A DNA stretch of 64,000 nucleotides from Candidatus Limnocylindrales bacterium (GCA_049521175.1 JBEKPB010000010.1:6553-70552); one strand, 5' to 3'; counted from the first letter of the stretch, positions 38,932 to 47,695 are shown. Notes: generated by a model not told the origin, from the letters alone. Translations and numbers: made by a program.

Positions 38932-38980
38932 GCACCCTTTCCGCGGCTGCCCGTTAGGCCGAGGCATCAGGAGCGCGCCC

Positions 38981-40115
38981 TCAGCGCAGCCGGCTGAAGA
39001 ACGTTCGCGTGTCGGCGACGAGCAGATCCGGCGCCTGTGAGCGGCGTAGTGGCCGGCCGTGTCGTACACATTCCAGGAAACGATGTTCGAATGGTGGCGC
39101 TCGGCCAGGCGCCGCGTGGCGTGCATGTCGTCACGGAATTGGGCGAGGCCCAGCGGCACCGTCGTCCGTTCGGTGGGATCTCCGGCCAGCGCCTGCTCGT
39201 AGTAGATGCGCATGGTCGACGCGACCGTGCCCGTCAGCCAGTGGATCATGACGTTGGTGAGCACGTAATCCGGATCGAGGCCGCCTCGATAGATCAGGCT
39301 GTGCCAGGCCGCCAGCCCGACCGGCGAATCGGCCAGGGCGTGGGAGGGCGACTGAGGTTGCTGCGACTGGAGCCGTCGTAGGCGTCGAGAACCCGGTGAT
39401 ACCACGCCAGGCCCTCGATCGATGCACGCTCTGCTTCCACTGCCGGGTCGAGATCGGCGTCGTCCTCGGGCGACTCGAAGATATGGGTGACGTGGACGCC
39501 GACGACCGATGCCGGGGCCTTGAGACCGACGATCGGCGAGATGACCGCGCCCCAGTCGTTGCCGGCGGCGCCGTACCGCTCGTACCCGAGCCGGCGCATC
39601 AGCTCCACCCACGCCGCCGCGATTCGAAACGGGTTCCAGCCCCGCTCGATGGTTGGCCCGGAGAAACCGAAGCCCGGCAGCGACGGGACCACGAGGTGGA
39701 AGGCGGTTGCCGGATCGCCGCCGTGTGCCCGCGGGTCGGCCAGCGGCTCGATTATGTCGAGGAATTCCGCGACCGATCCCGGCCACCCGTGGGTGAGGAT
39801 CAGCGGCAGCGCCCCGGGCTCGGGCGACTTCACGTGGAGGAAGTGGACGTTGTGGCCGTCGATCGCCGTGGTGAATTGCGGATACGCATTGAGCCGTGCC
39901 TCCCACGCCCGCCAGTCGTACGTAGTCTTCCAGTAGTCGACGAGCGGCTTGAGGACGCTCAGCGGAACGCCGTAGTCCCAGCCGGCGCCTTCGATCTCCT
40001 GCGCCCAGCGAACCCGGTCGAGTCTGTGCTGGAGGTCGTCGAGATCCGCCTGCGGTATCTCGATCCGATACGGCCGAATCTCGCCTGAGTCCTGTCGGTT
40101 ACCGCCGGTCGCCAT
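38981..40115 (-). pseudogene. epoxide hydrolase (EH N-terminal domain plus alpha/beta fold) with two frameshifts
   Basis: The N-terminal 270 aa are in ORF 39294..40115 (HGWPGS, NDWG). The middle part ([23 protein letters not shown]...) is in ORF 38875..39906. The conserved end GHYAAH|EAPDLLVADTRTFFSRLR-TGA (38981-38983) is in the third frame. Shifts lie at about 39365-39376 and 39034-39039, each repaired by adding one nucleotide. Confidence 0.8.
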
Positions 40116-40209
40116 GCGGGAAATCTACACAACGGAGGTGCTCTCCGGGCCGCGAGTGGCCGAGGTACCGCCTATCGAGTCGACGGGCTCGGGGTCCGGG
40201 CCGCCGGGA

Positions 40210-40605
40210 TCAGCGCCCTGAGAAGTAGTCTCGCATGGGGTCGAAGTAGCTCTCCTGCCACCCGCCACGCTCGTAGCCGACCTGCCCGTCCGGGACGTTT
40301 CGGTGGTGCAAGGTGAGCCTGGTGCCCCCTTTGACCGGCTCGAGCAGCACTTCTATCTCGGAGTCCGGGTCCGAGTCGGAGAACTCGGTGGTGCGCCAGG
40401 TCTGGACGATCCGCCGGCCTGGCTCCAGCGAAACGGTCCGGCCCGTGATGTACCCGTGCCACGCCGTGAAGGCCCCTCCCGGTCGCGGGTCCACCGTCGC
40501 TTCGGCGAAGGTCATCGCGGTGTGGCCCTCGCTGCTCATCCAGGCGTCATAGATAGCCTGAGGCGATGCCGGCAGGACCGCCGAAACTTCGAACTCGTAG
40601 GCCAT
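40210..40605 (-). CDS. SRPBCC superfamily protein (AHSA1/Aha1-like)
   Basis: 131 aa starting MAYEFEVSAVLPASPQAIYDAWMSSEGH. ATG follows GAGGTG. Confidence 0.7.
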   Translation of the reverse strand: MAYEFEVSAVLPASPQAIYDAWMSSEGHTAMTFAEATVDPRPGGAFTAWHGYITGRTVSLEPGRRIVQTWRTTEFSDSDPDSEIEVLLEPVKGGTRLTLHHRNVPDGQVGYERGGWQESYFDPMRDYFSGR

Positions 40606-40678
40606 CGGGCACCTCGTCTGAATGCGCGGCTCGGGCGGACGCCAACGGAGCGTTTGCCCGCCCAAACCGGCATTGTGA

Positions 40679-41017
40679 CTACATCAGGCCGACGACGTGG
40701 CCTTCCGGGTCCGTGAAGAGCGCGATCGTCGTTTCGGGGGCGACCTGGGTGAGCGGCATGATCACTTTGCCGCCGAGCTTCTCGATGCGCTTGAGCGTCC
40801 CTTCCGGGTCGTCGGCGTGCACGTAGAAGGTCACCTGCCCGTCGCCGCCCATCGGGGCCTTGCCGATGCCGGCGGTGAGCCCGCTCTCGTCGCGGTGCAT
40901 CCCGTAGCCGTCCAGGTTGTTGGTGTCGAGGCTCCAGCCGAACGCGTCCGAGTAGAACTTCTGGAGCTTGGCGCCGTCGCGGCCAACGACCTCGACATGG
41001 ATCACATGAGCAGCCAT
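40679..41017 (-). CDS. VOC (glyoxalase/bleomycin resistance) family protein
   Basis: 112 aa containing VIHVEVVGRDGAKLQKFYSDAFGW...FTDPEGHVVGL. ATG follows GAGGGG. Confidence 0.7.
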   Translation of the reverse strand: MAAHVIHVEVVGRDGAKLQKFYSDAFGWSLDTNNLDGYGMHRDESGLTAGIGKAPMGGDGQVTFYVHADDPEGTLKRIEKLGGKVIMPLTQVAPETTIALFTDPEGHVVGLM

Positions 41018-41197
41018 TCTGTCGATCCCCTCGCTTGCATCTGGGTTCGAACGGCCGTGTCTCTGGGTCGTCCTGCCCAACCGACGAGCCGGACCCGGTC
41101 GGATCGACATCGGCGGCCCAGAAGTCGCCGCTGAGCCGAGGACTCCTCGATCTGGCCCGCCCGCTGCGACGATCGGCGGTAGCGGCTGCCGATCGAC

Positions 41198-42178
41198 TCA
41201 GGGTCTCGCGGTCGTCCCGGCGATCGGGGGACTCGCGGCGCGTTCGCCTACGTCGTCGAGCCGCAGACGAGTCCATGCGGCGCCGATGAGCAGCACCTGG
41301 AAGGCCAGGTGAAGCCAGGCCAGAGTGGCGAAGACGGCGGCTACGCCACCGAAGACGGACAGCGCGCCGGTGAGGAGCGGTGTCACGTACACGAGCAGTT
41401 CGGTCAGGCCGGTCAGGACGAGCCCGACCACGAGAGCCGGCAGGCGCAAGACCGATATCGGAACGTTCGTGTTCGGAACGACTCGATACACCACGCCCAC
41501 GACGATGACGACTACGACCGCGGTCAGCAGCGGAAACGCGACTGTCGAAAGCGCCCGGCCTGCGTCGCCTTGCGGGCCCACGTTGATCTCGCTAACCACC
41601 AGCCTCTGGATGGCTGAGATCGCGATCCCCGACAGCAGCCCGCCGAAGAGGAGCAGGACCGACACGAACCCGCGGAGGATCCGGTCCAGAGGTCCGCGGG
41701 CTGGAGCCATCGCGAAGATCCGGGCGAGGGCCTGGTCGAGGGCGCCGTAGAAGTGGCTCGCGCCCCAGGCCAGGACCGCAAGGCCGACGATCGAGAAGGC
41801 ACCGGCATTCGCGGCCACGCTGTTCAGGCCGTTCAGGGCGACCGGCGCCAGGGGGGCGAACTGGCCGGTCAGACCGTCCACGATGCGCCGCCGGTCCGTC
41901 TCGGCCGGAACCAGATAGCCCAGCAGGCCGACACAGAAGAGAAGTCCCGTCAGGCCGGCGAACAAGGCGCTGTAGGCCAACCCTTCCGCGAGCAGGCTGC
42001 CGCCCGCGTCGTTGTAGACGCCGATGGCGGCTCGCGCACGGCGAACCGGAGGCAGGTTGAGAACGAGGCCATACCGACGGCGGACCGACGCCAGCCGAGC
42101 TACGGGCGGATCGGGCTTGCGGGCGGACGCTCCAGCGGGGTCGGAGGTGGCGGCTGGACGCTGTCCTGGTTGGGCCAT
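41198..42178 (-). CDS. YihY/BrkB family membrane protein
   Basis: Contains GGSLLAEGLAYSALFAGLTGLLF plus 6 TM segments. ATG at 42178. Confidence 0.75.
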   Translation of the reverse strand: MAQPGQRPAATSDPAGASARKPDPPVARLASVRRRYGLVLNLPPVRRARAAIGVYNDAGGSLLAEGLAYSALFAGLTGLLFCVGLLGYLVPAETDRRRIVDGLTGQFAPLAPVALNGLNSVAANAGAFSIVGLAVLAWGASHFYGALDQALARIFAMAPARGPLDRILRGFVSVLLLFGGLLSGIAISAIQRLVVSEINVGPQGDAGRALSTVAFPLLTAVVVVIVVGVVYRVVPNTNVPISVLRLPALVVGLVLTGLTELLVYVTPLLTGALSVFGGVAAVFATLAWLHLAFQVLLIGAAWTRLRLDDVGERAASPPIAGTTARP

Positions 42179-42362
42179 GCGTCGTCCTCCGCGCTGTCGG
42201 GTCGAGCTTCGTCCCATGCATTGTCGCGACCCGGTGGCGCAAGCGCTCGCTGAGCGCGCCGTCCCCGGGCAACCGGAACCGCACCGCGGAAGTCTCATCT
42301 GGCGGCGTTGCCGCTCCTCGCCCGGTGCCGGGACGGCCAGCGTGTGCCAGCGCGCTGAGTGC

Positions 42363-42395
42363 TTGACATCGTGAGTGATCACGATATATCGTGAT
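42363..42395 (+). promoter_or_regulatory. sigma-70-like promoter overlapped by a perfect 18-bp palindrome (candidate PadR operator)
   Basis: TTGACA (42363-42368), a 16-nt spacer, then TATATC (42385-42390). The palindrome ATCACGATATATCGTGAT spans 42378-42395, 41 nt upstream of the padR-type ATG. Confidence 0.55.
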
Positions 42396-42436
42396 GCCAC
42401 GCCGACACAACGGATCGGCGACAGGAGAGATCAGAG

Positions 42437-43105
42437 ATGTACAGGAATACTGGCAATCAGGGGCGGTTTGAGGGTGGCCGGTGCCACGGTCGCGAGTTCG
42501 ATGGCGGGCCCGGCGGACATGGCCCGGCCCGTGGACATGGCCCGGGCTCAGGCGAGTGGCGAGTCGGTCACAGACTGGGGCGTCGGTTCCCGTTTGGCTG
42601 GAGCGGCATGGCTGGCGGCGGCCCGGCGGTTCGTCGGGGCGACGTTCGGAGCGCAATCCTGGCCGTCCTCGCGGATGGCCCAATGCATGGCTACCAGATC
42701 ATGCAGGAGCTCGGGGAGCGGAGCGGCGGCGCCTGGCGTCCCAGCGCGGGCTCTGTGTATCCGACCCTACAGCAGCTCGAAGACGAGGGCCTGGTTCGGG
42801 GCGAGGAGCAGGAGGGCCGACGAGTGTTCACCTTGACAGACAAGGGTCGCGATGCCGCGACGAAGGCGCAGGCAGCCGCGGCGCCGTGGGAGATAGGCGA
42901 CCAGACCGGCAGGGACATCGGCCGCCTCGCAATGCAGGTCGCCCGAGCGGCGATGCAGGTCCATCAGGTCGGTACTCCGGCGGCATTCGCCGAAGCCAGC
43001 CGAATTCTCGTCCAGGCTCGTCGAGACCTCTATCGGCTCCTGGCGGAGGACGAGGGGGGAGAGGACCGATCCGGCGGGGAAGAAGCGTCTCCAGACACGA
43101 TGTGA
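42437..43105 (+). CDS. PadR family transcriptional regulator with Gly-rich N-terminal extension
   Basis: Contains RRGDVRSAILAVLADGPMHGYQIMQELGERSGGAWRPSAGSVYPTLQQLEDEGLV. ATG follows AGGAGAGA. Confidence 0.85.
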   Translation: MYRNTGNQGRFEGGRCHGREFDGGPGGHGPARGHGPGSGEWRVGHRLGRRFPFGWSGMAGGGPAVRRGDVRSAILAVLADGPMHGYQIMQELGERSGGAWRPSAGSVYPTLQQLEDEGLVRGEEQEGRRVFTLTDKGRDAATKAQAAAAPWEIGDQTGRDIGRLAMQVARAAMQVHQVGTPAAFAEASRILVQARRDLYRLLAEDEGGEDRSGGEEASPDTM

Positions 43106-43230
43106 CGGGCACGGCTCGGCGAGTCTGCGGCCGGCGAGACCGGTCGGGTAGCACCAGAGGCGAGGCCGGATCCCGCTCGACTGCCTCGACGATCGGGCGA
43201 CCGCGCCAGTGGCGGGCCACCCCCTGCCGT

Positions 43231-43740
43231 TCATCCGCCGCGCAGCCTGGCCGCGATGCCGTCGGTCCAGGCGTCGATGGCCGTCCAATCACGCCAGTCA
43301 CCCTCGGGCATGAACCGCCGGCTGACGAATCGTTCGACGACGCTGAGATCGCTGCTCTCGAGCGTGGCCCGATCGAGGGCTCCGGCGAAGACTCGATGGT
43401 CGACCGGCCGGATCCACCGTCGGAGACCGGCGATCTCCTTCGGCTCGATCGGGTCACTTGACTTCGCCCATTGCCCGATGGGTCCGACGCTGAAGAGCCA
43501 GACCGGGCGAGCCGAAAGGGCCGCCTTGCTCCGCTTCATCAGCTTCGCCGCCTGCTTCATCCAGTGCTGGCCGTAGACGCCACTGCCGATGACGTATGCA
43601 GCGGCACCGGGCAGATCCCGGAGCTGTTCGGCCCCCGCGAGCTCAACGTCCAGGCCGGACGCGCCGAGCCGTGCGGCGATGCGCTCGGCGATGCCGCGCG
43701 TGGATCCCAACCGGCTGCCGTAGATGACCGCGACTCTCAT
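43231..43740 (-). CDS. flavodoxin-domain protein (HemG-like)
   Basis: Starts MRVAVIYGSRLGSTRGIAERIA. ATG 43740 follows GAGGTGAG. The track ORF starts 3 codons earlier at a GTG. Confidence 0.6.
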   Translation of the reverse strand: MRVAVIYGSRLGSTRGIAERIAARLGASGLDVELAGAEQLRDLPGAAAYVIGSGVYGQHWMKQAAKLMKRSKAALSARPVWLFSVGPIGQWAKSSDPIEPKEIAGLRRWIRPVDHRVFAGALDRATLESSDLSVVERFVSRRFMPEGDWRDWTAIDAWTDGIAARLRGG

Positions 43741-44420
43741 CTCGCTCACCTCGCCCCGCCAGAAACCCGGCCGTCTCGCATGCGCACGACCCGGTCGCAG
43801 TCCTGCTTCGCGAAGGCCTGGCTCGGCTTCTGACCGAGGCCGGCTTCGAGGTCGTCGGCCAGTGCGGAACCGCCGAGGCGCTCATCGAGCTGGTTCGTGA
43901 GACCCGCCCCGATCTCGCGGTCGTCGACATCCGCATGCCGCCGACGCACACGCGGGAGGGTCTCGTTGCCGCCGATGCCATTCGGCTGGAGCACGGCGGG
44001 AAGGTCGGCGTCCTGGTTCTCTCGCAATACGTCGAGACCGAGTTCGCGCTGCGGCTGGTGACCGAAGGAGCAGGCGGAGTCGGCTATCTGCTCAAGGATC
44101 GGGTGGCCGACGTCGCCGATTTCGCCGACGCCGTCCGCCGAGTGGCGCGCGGCGGCTCGGTGATCGACCCGGAGGTCGTGGCTCTGCTCGTCAACCGGCG
44201 CCGAGCCCGCGGCCCTCTCGATGAGCTGACGGATCGCGAGCGCGAGGTCCTCGCTCTCATGGCCGAGGGCCGCTCGAACCAGGCTATCTGCGACCGCCTA
44301 TTCGTGACGCCCAAGACGGTCGAGGCCCACATCGCCAGCATCTTCTCCAAGCTCGAGCTCGCTCCCGCCGCCGACGACCACCGCCGCGTGCTCGCCGTCC
44401 TGGCGTACTTGCGCAGGTAG
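43728..44420 (+). pseudogene. NarL/LuxR-type response regulator lacking its N-terminus and start codon
   Basis: The open frame from 43728 reads ...AHDPVAVLLREGLARLLTEAGFEVVGQCG...DLAVVDIRMPP...(receiver) then EREVLALMAEGRSNQAICDRLFVTPKTVEAHIASIFSKL (LuxR HTH). The first strand with the acidic pair is missing. The first ATG/GTG/TTG is at 43935, inside the receiver domain. Only 35 nt separate it from the divergent flavodoxin gene. Confidence 0.65.
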
Positions 44421-44484
44421 GAGCCTGTAGCAGCAGTCTCCCGGGTCGATCTCAGGCTCGTGGCTGGCGGGCCCGGCCGAGTCG

Positions 44485-45657
44485 TCAACCCTTGATCACG
44501 CCCAGCGGCGTGAGCCGGATAAGCGGGTGGAGCAGGTCGGAGGACGCCGTCATCACCTCTTCGATGTCCTTGTAGGCGAAGGCAGCCTCCTCGGCCACGT
44601 CCCGTGGCGAGGAGCACAGCAGCTCCACTCCCAGCTTCTTCATCTCCGCATAGACCTGGTCCGGCGACTTCTGTTTGCGCGCCGCGGTGCGGGACATCGC
44701 CCGACCCGCGCCGTGCTGGCAGGTCTCGAAAGCCTGCGGGTTGCCGAGCCCGGCGGCCACGTACGACGCCGTGCCCATGGAACCCGGGATCAGCACCGTC
44801 TCGCCGGCCCGGGCACGGACCGCGCCCTTGCGGTGCACGATGCCGTTCCGCCCACCGTGGTTCTCCCACGCCGCGTAGTTGTGGTGGATGTCGACCACTC
44901 GCTCCCAGGACGTCATCGCGGTGGCGCCCCGGAACGCAGCCTCGGCCGCGGCCATCATCCGCGCCCGGTTGACCTCGGCGAAACGCAGGGCGTATTCCAT
45001 GGCCGACCAGTACGCCTCGTATTCGGGCGTGCCGGTTGGGAGGGAGGACAGCTGCCTGTCGGGAAGCGGGGTGTGCCAGCGCTCGTTGAGCGCGAGAGCG
45101 CGCTTGTAGTACGCGTCGCAGATCGTCTTGCCCAGGCTTCGCGAGCCCGAGTGGAGCATCACGTAGACCCGGCCCTCGTCGTCCCGCTGGACTTCCAGGA
45201 AGTGGTTGCCCGATCCAAGGGTGCCGAGCTGGTCGATCGCGTGGTCGAACCAGGCCTTCTCGATCGACGCCGGCAGCTCGAGCCCGATCTCTCGTTCGGC
45301 TTCGACACGGTCGACATGGTGGCCGTGCGAGCGCAAGCCAGTGGGGACCGAATGCTCGATCGCCTCCAGCACCCGATCGAGCCGCCCGCGCTTGAGCTTC
45401 TCGACCGTGACGTCGGTTCGGGCGAGCGAGACGCCGCAGCCGATGTCGACCCCGATGCCGTAGGGCACGACCGCCGCGTCGGCGAAGAGCACCCCGCCGA
45501 TGGGCATGCCAAACCCCGAGTGAGTGTCGGGCATGAGCGCGATGTGGCTGATCGCGAACGGCAGGTTGGCCAGGTTGACGGCCTGGTCGTGGGCGCCCGG
45601 ATCGAGGCTGGGCGCCCAGCTCAGGATTGGGATTCGACCCTCGTCGAGGACCTTCAT
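44485..45657 (-). CDS. rtcB: RtcB family RNA ligase
   Basis: 390 aa containing HIALMPDTHSGFGMPIGGV...GVDIGCG...GSGNHF...SMGT...HGAGR. Confidence 0.9.
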   Translation of the reverse strand: MKVLDEGRIPILSWAPSLDPGAHDQAVNLANLPFAISHIALMPDTHSGFGMPIGGVLFADAAVVPYGIGVDIGCGVSLARTDVTVEKLKRGRLDRVLEAIEHSVPTGLRSHGHHVDRVEAEREIGLELPASIEKAWFDHAIDQLGTLGSGNHFLEVQRDDEGRVYVMLHSGSRSLGKTICDAYYKRALALNERWHTPLPDRQLSSLPTGTPEYEAYWSAMEYALRFAEVNRARMMAAAEAAFRGATAMTSWERVVDIHHNYAAWENHGGRNGIVHRKGAVRARAGETVLIPGSMGTASYVAAGLGNPQAFETCQHGAGRAMSRTAARKQKSPDQVYAEMKKLGVELLCSSPRDVAEEAAFAYKDIEEVMTASSDLLHPLIRLTPLGVIKG

Positions 45658-45725
45658 CGAGCCCGTCCTCTTGCGAGCCGGCGACGCATGGCCGCTCCTG
45701 CCGCTTCGCCCGCCAGGGCAGCGAC

Positions 45726-46217
45726 CTAGTCGGAAGGTTGTCCTTGGTGCGAGGCGGGCAATGGCTCCAGGACCACGACCGCCGTTTCAGAGGATCGCAG
45801 GGGGGCATACGCGTCGACGTCGGTCCCCACGTCGCGCCACCTGGCCCACAGGCGTGAGCGTTCGTCCCCCTCCGCCGCGCGGGCGCGCACCGCGCGTGAT
45901 CCATCGGCCAGCTCGACGCTGGCGTCGGGATGCGCCTGGAGGTTGAGCCACCAAGCCGGCTCGCCCTCTGCCCAGCCGTTCATGGCCAGGGTGACCAGGT
46001 TCGGCCCGTCCTCGTAGTAACCGAGGATCGCGATGCGCTCCCTGCCCGTGCGGCGCCCGATCGTCTTGAGGCGCATCGTGCCCCACTTGTCCGTCTTCGG
46101 ACGCCACAGGCCGCGTCGGCCGCCGGTGAGGCGATATATGGCACGGTGAACTAACCATGCGGAGCGGACGAACCATCGTGGAGGGAGTCGCGGGCTTCGA
46201 TTCGGGCTTCCGGACAT
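45726..46217 (-). CDS. deazaflavin (F420)-dependent nitroreductase family protein (DDN/DUF385)
   Basis: Contains HRAIYRLTGGR...LKTIGRRTGRERIAILGYYEDG...NGWAEGEPAWWLNLQAHP. ATG 46217 follows AGGAGG. Confidence 0.7.
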   Translation of the reverse strand: MSGSPNRSPRLPPRWFVRSAWLVHRAIYRLTGGRRGLWRPKTDKWGTMRLKTIGRRTGRERIAILGYYEDGPNLVTLAMNGWAEGEPAWWLNLQAHPDASVELADGSRAVRARAAEGDERSRLWARWRDVGTDVDAYAPLRSSETAVVVLEPLPASHQGQPSD

Positions 46218-46329
46218 GTGACCGTCCTCCTGCGGACCGACATCGTCCGCTGGTGCGGCGGCCCGTGCAAGTGGCAAGTGTCCAGTCGAACTCGACAACG
46301 GGGCTTCCGAGGGGCGACGGTCCGAGTAC

Positions 46330-46776
46330 CTAGACGGCCTGCACCCAACGCGAGAACTCGCGCACCGTGCGTGGGCCAATCTGGACAGCGGCCCCTCGCT
46401 TGAACGACGTGCTGCCGAAGATGTGGACGTACCCGCCGAAATCCGAGGGCAGGTAGAAGTCGCCGTACTTCAGCATCGCCACTCGCGCCGCGCCCAGCCG
46501 CCCGTAGAAGTAGCCGAACTCGAACAGGACGTTCTGGTTTGGCACCTGAACGGTCTTACCTCTCACGGTCGAGTCGGCCTCCGGCGAGAAGACCATCAAC
46601 GCGGCGTCCACCTCATTGCCGATCGCGTCGAGGTCCTCGAGCAGGGTGCGCCCGGGAGTGAAGGCGTCCCACCACGGCAGGAATCTGAGGGTGGGCCCGG
46701 TGAACCTCTCGACCACCGCCCGTGCCTGCGACCTGGCTGCCGACGAGGACCCGATGAACAATGTCGTCTGAGGCAC
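46330..46776 (-). CDS. stand-alone TIR-like nucleotide-binding domain protein (COG4271 / CAP12-PycTIR-like)
   Basis: Pattern LFIGSSS...VDAALMVFSPE...VPNQNVLFEFGYFYGRLGAARVAMLKYGDFYLPSDFGGYVHI matches the TIR-like effector domain. GTG 46776 sits 7 nt after AGGAGGG. The track ORF extends to ATG 46890. Confidence 0.6.
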   Translation of the reverse strand: MPQTTLFIGSSSAARSQARAVVERFTGPTLRFLPWWDAFTPGRTLLEDLDAIGNEVDAALMVFSPEADSTVRGKTVQVPNQNVLFEFGYFYGRLGAARVAMLKYGDFYLPSDFGGYVHIFGSTSFKRGAAVQIGPRTVREFSRWVQAV

Positions 46777-46863
46777 GAACCGCCCTCCTGCTCTGGACCC
46801 CTGCAACCGTTCCTGTCTAGTTTCCGGCTCCGGGAATCCCTTGACAATGGTCCCGGGCCGGGT

Positions 46864-46909
46864 GATCATGCGACTTGATCGATAGATCATAGAACATGAT
46901 CATACGATC
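46864..46909. promoter_or_regulatory. AT-rich divergent intergenic segment with five GATC sites and TGATCA-type palindromes
   Basis: GTGATCATGCGACTTGATCGATAGATCATAGAACATGATCATACGATCAAG lies between the TIR-like gene and the wHTH-nucleotidyltransferase gene. The function assignment is inferred only from position and symmetry. Confidence 0.35.
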
Positions 46910-46935
46910 AAGAGATATGGTCACGGAGGCACCGG

Positions 46936-47487
46936 TTGCCCGTTCCGCTTCTATCCGGGGCAGTCGAGAGCGTCTGGAAGGTCATGGCGCTGAGCCCCGA
47001 GCGCCCGTTCTTCCAGCGCGAGCTAGCCCGATTGACCGCCGAGCCGTACAACGGCGTCGTCCAGGCGCTCCGCCGGCTGGTCCGAGATGGGCTCGTGACG
47101 ACCGGTTCGGTCGGCGGCAAGCCGGCGTTCTACGCCAACCGCATGGACCCTTACTTTGACGAGTTCCAGCGCATCGCCCTCAAGAGCCTCGGAATACCGG
47201 AGGCGCTGGACGCGCGCGGAGTCGTGGCGGTCAAGGTGGCCGTATTCGGGTCATTCGCCAAGGGGGTGGCCGGCCCTCAATCCGACCTCGACGTGCTCCT
47301 CGTCGGCAGCGAGCCCTCATCGGGCGCCGCCACCGCGGCCCTGGCGGAGATAAGCCGGAAGTTAGGCCGTCCGGTCAATGTCGTCGTCTATGACCATGCC
47401 CGATACCAGCAGGAACGAGAGGATGCGTCGAGCTTCGTGGCGGCGATCGCGAACGCCCCGATCGTGAATCTTCGCGGGACTCTCTGA
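46936..47487 (+). CDS. winged-helix plus minimal nucleotidyltransferase (MNT/Pol-beta superfamily) protein
   Basis: N-terminal wHTH-like RELARLTAEPYNGVVQALRRLVRDGLV. NTase motif VAVFGSFAKGVAGPQSDLDVLLVG. The start is TTG 46936 or ATG 46984. Confidence 0.7.
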   Translation: MPVPLLSGAVESVWKVMALSPERPFFQRELARLTAEPYNGVVQALRRLVRDGLVTTGSVGGKPAFYANRMDPYFDEFQRIALKSLGIPEALDARGVVAVKVAVFGSFAKGVAGPQSDLDVLLVGSEPSSGAATAALAEISRKLGRPVNVVVYDHARYQQEREDASSFVAAIANAPIVNLRGTL

Positions 47488-47643
47488 TGCGCCCGTTCGC
47501 ATCGGTTGCGGCACTTCTCGACCGCTTGACGGACTCAGCCGCGGCGACGCGGGGCGTGAGGTCCGCCGGCACCCATGGAGCTCCCGGTGATCGACAGGTG
47601 ATCGGCCCCGGGTAGCCTCCTCAGCGGTGAGCCCGAATTGACG

Positions 47644-47680
47644 TGCTGCGTAGCGCACTCCATGCTGCGGTAGAGCGCAC
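47644..47680. promoter_or_regulatory. direct repeats upstream of the XRE gene (candidate operator)
   Basis: TGCTGCGTAGCGCAC (47644-47658) and TGCTGCGGTAGAGCGCAC (47663-47680) are preceded by TTGACG (47638-47643). They end 16 nt before ATG 47696. Confidence 0.35.
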
Positions 47681-47695
47681 GGACTGGATGGACTC

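Noticed and set aside
41043-41052. tRNA-like GGGTTCGAAC T-loop motif
   Set aside because: The flanking bases cannot form a T-stem or the rest of a cloverleaf, and the motif lies in the upstream region of the VOC gene.
47487-47615. 42-codon ORF overlapping the nucleotidyltransferase stop (TGATG), as a remnant HEPN toxin partner of the MNT protein
   Set aside because: The position and overlap fit MNT-HEPN modules, and it contains RSAGTH (Rx4H-like). However it is far too short, the motif is in the wrong place, and no HEPN-like continuation was found in other frames up to 47695.
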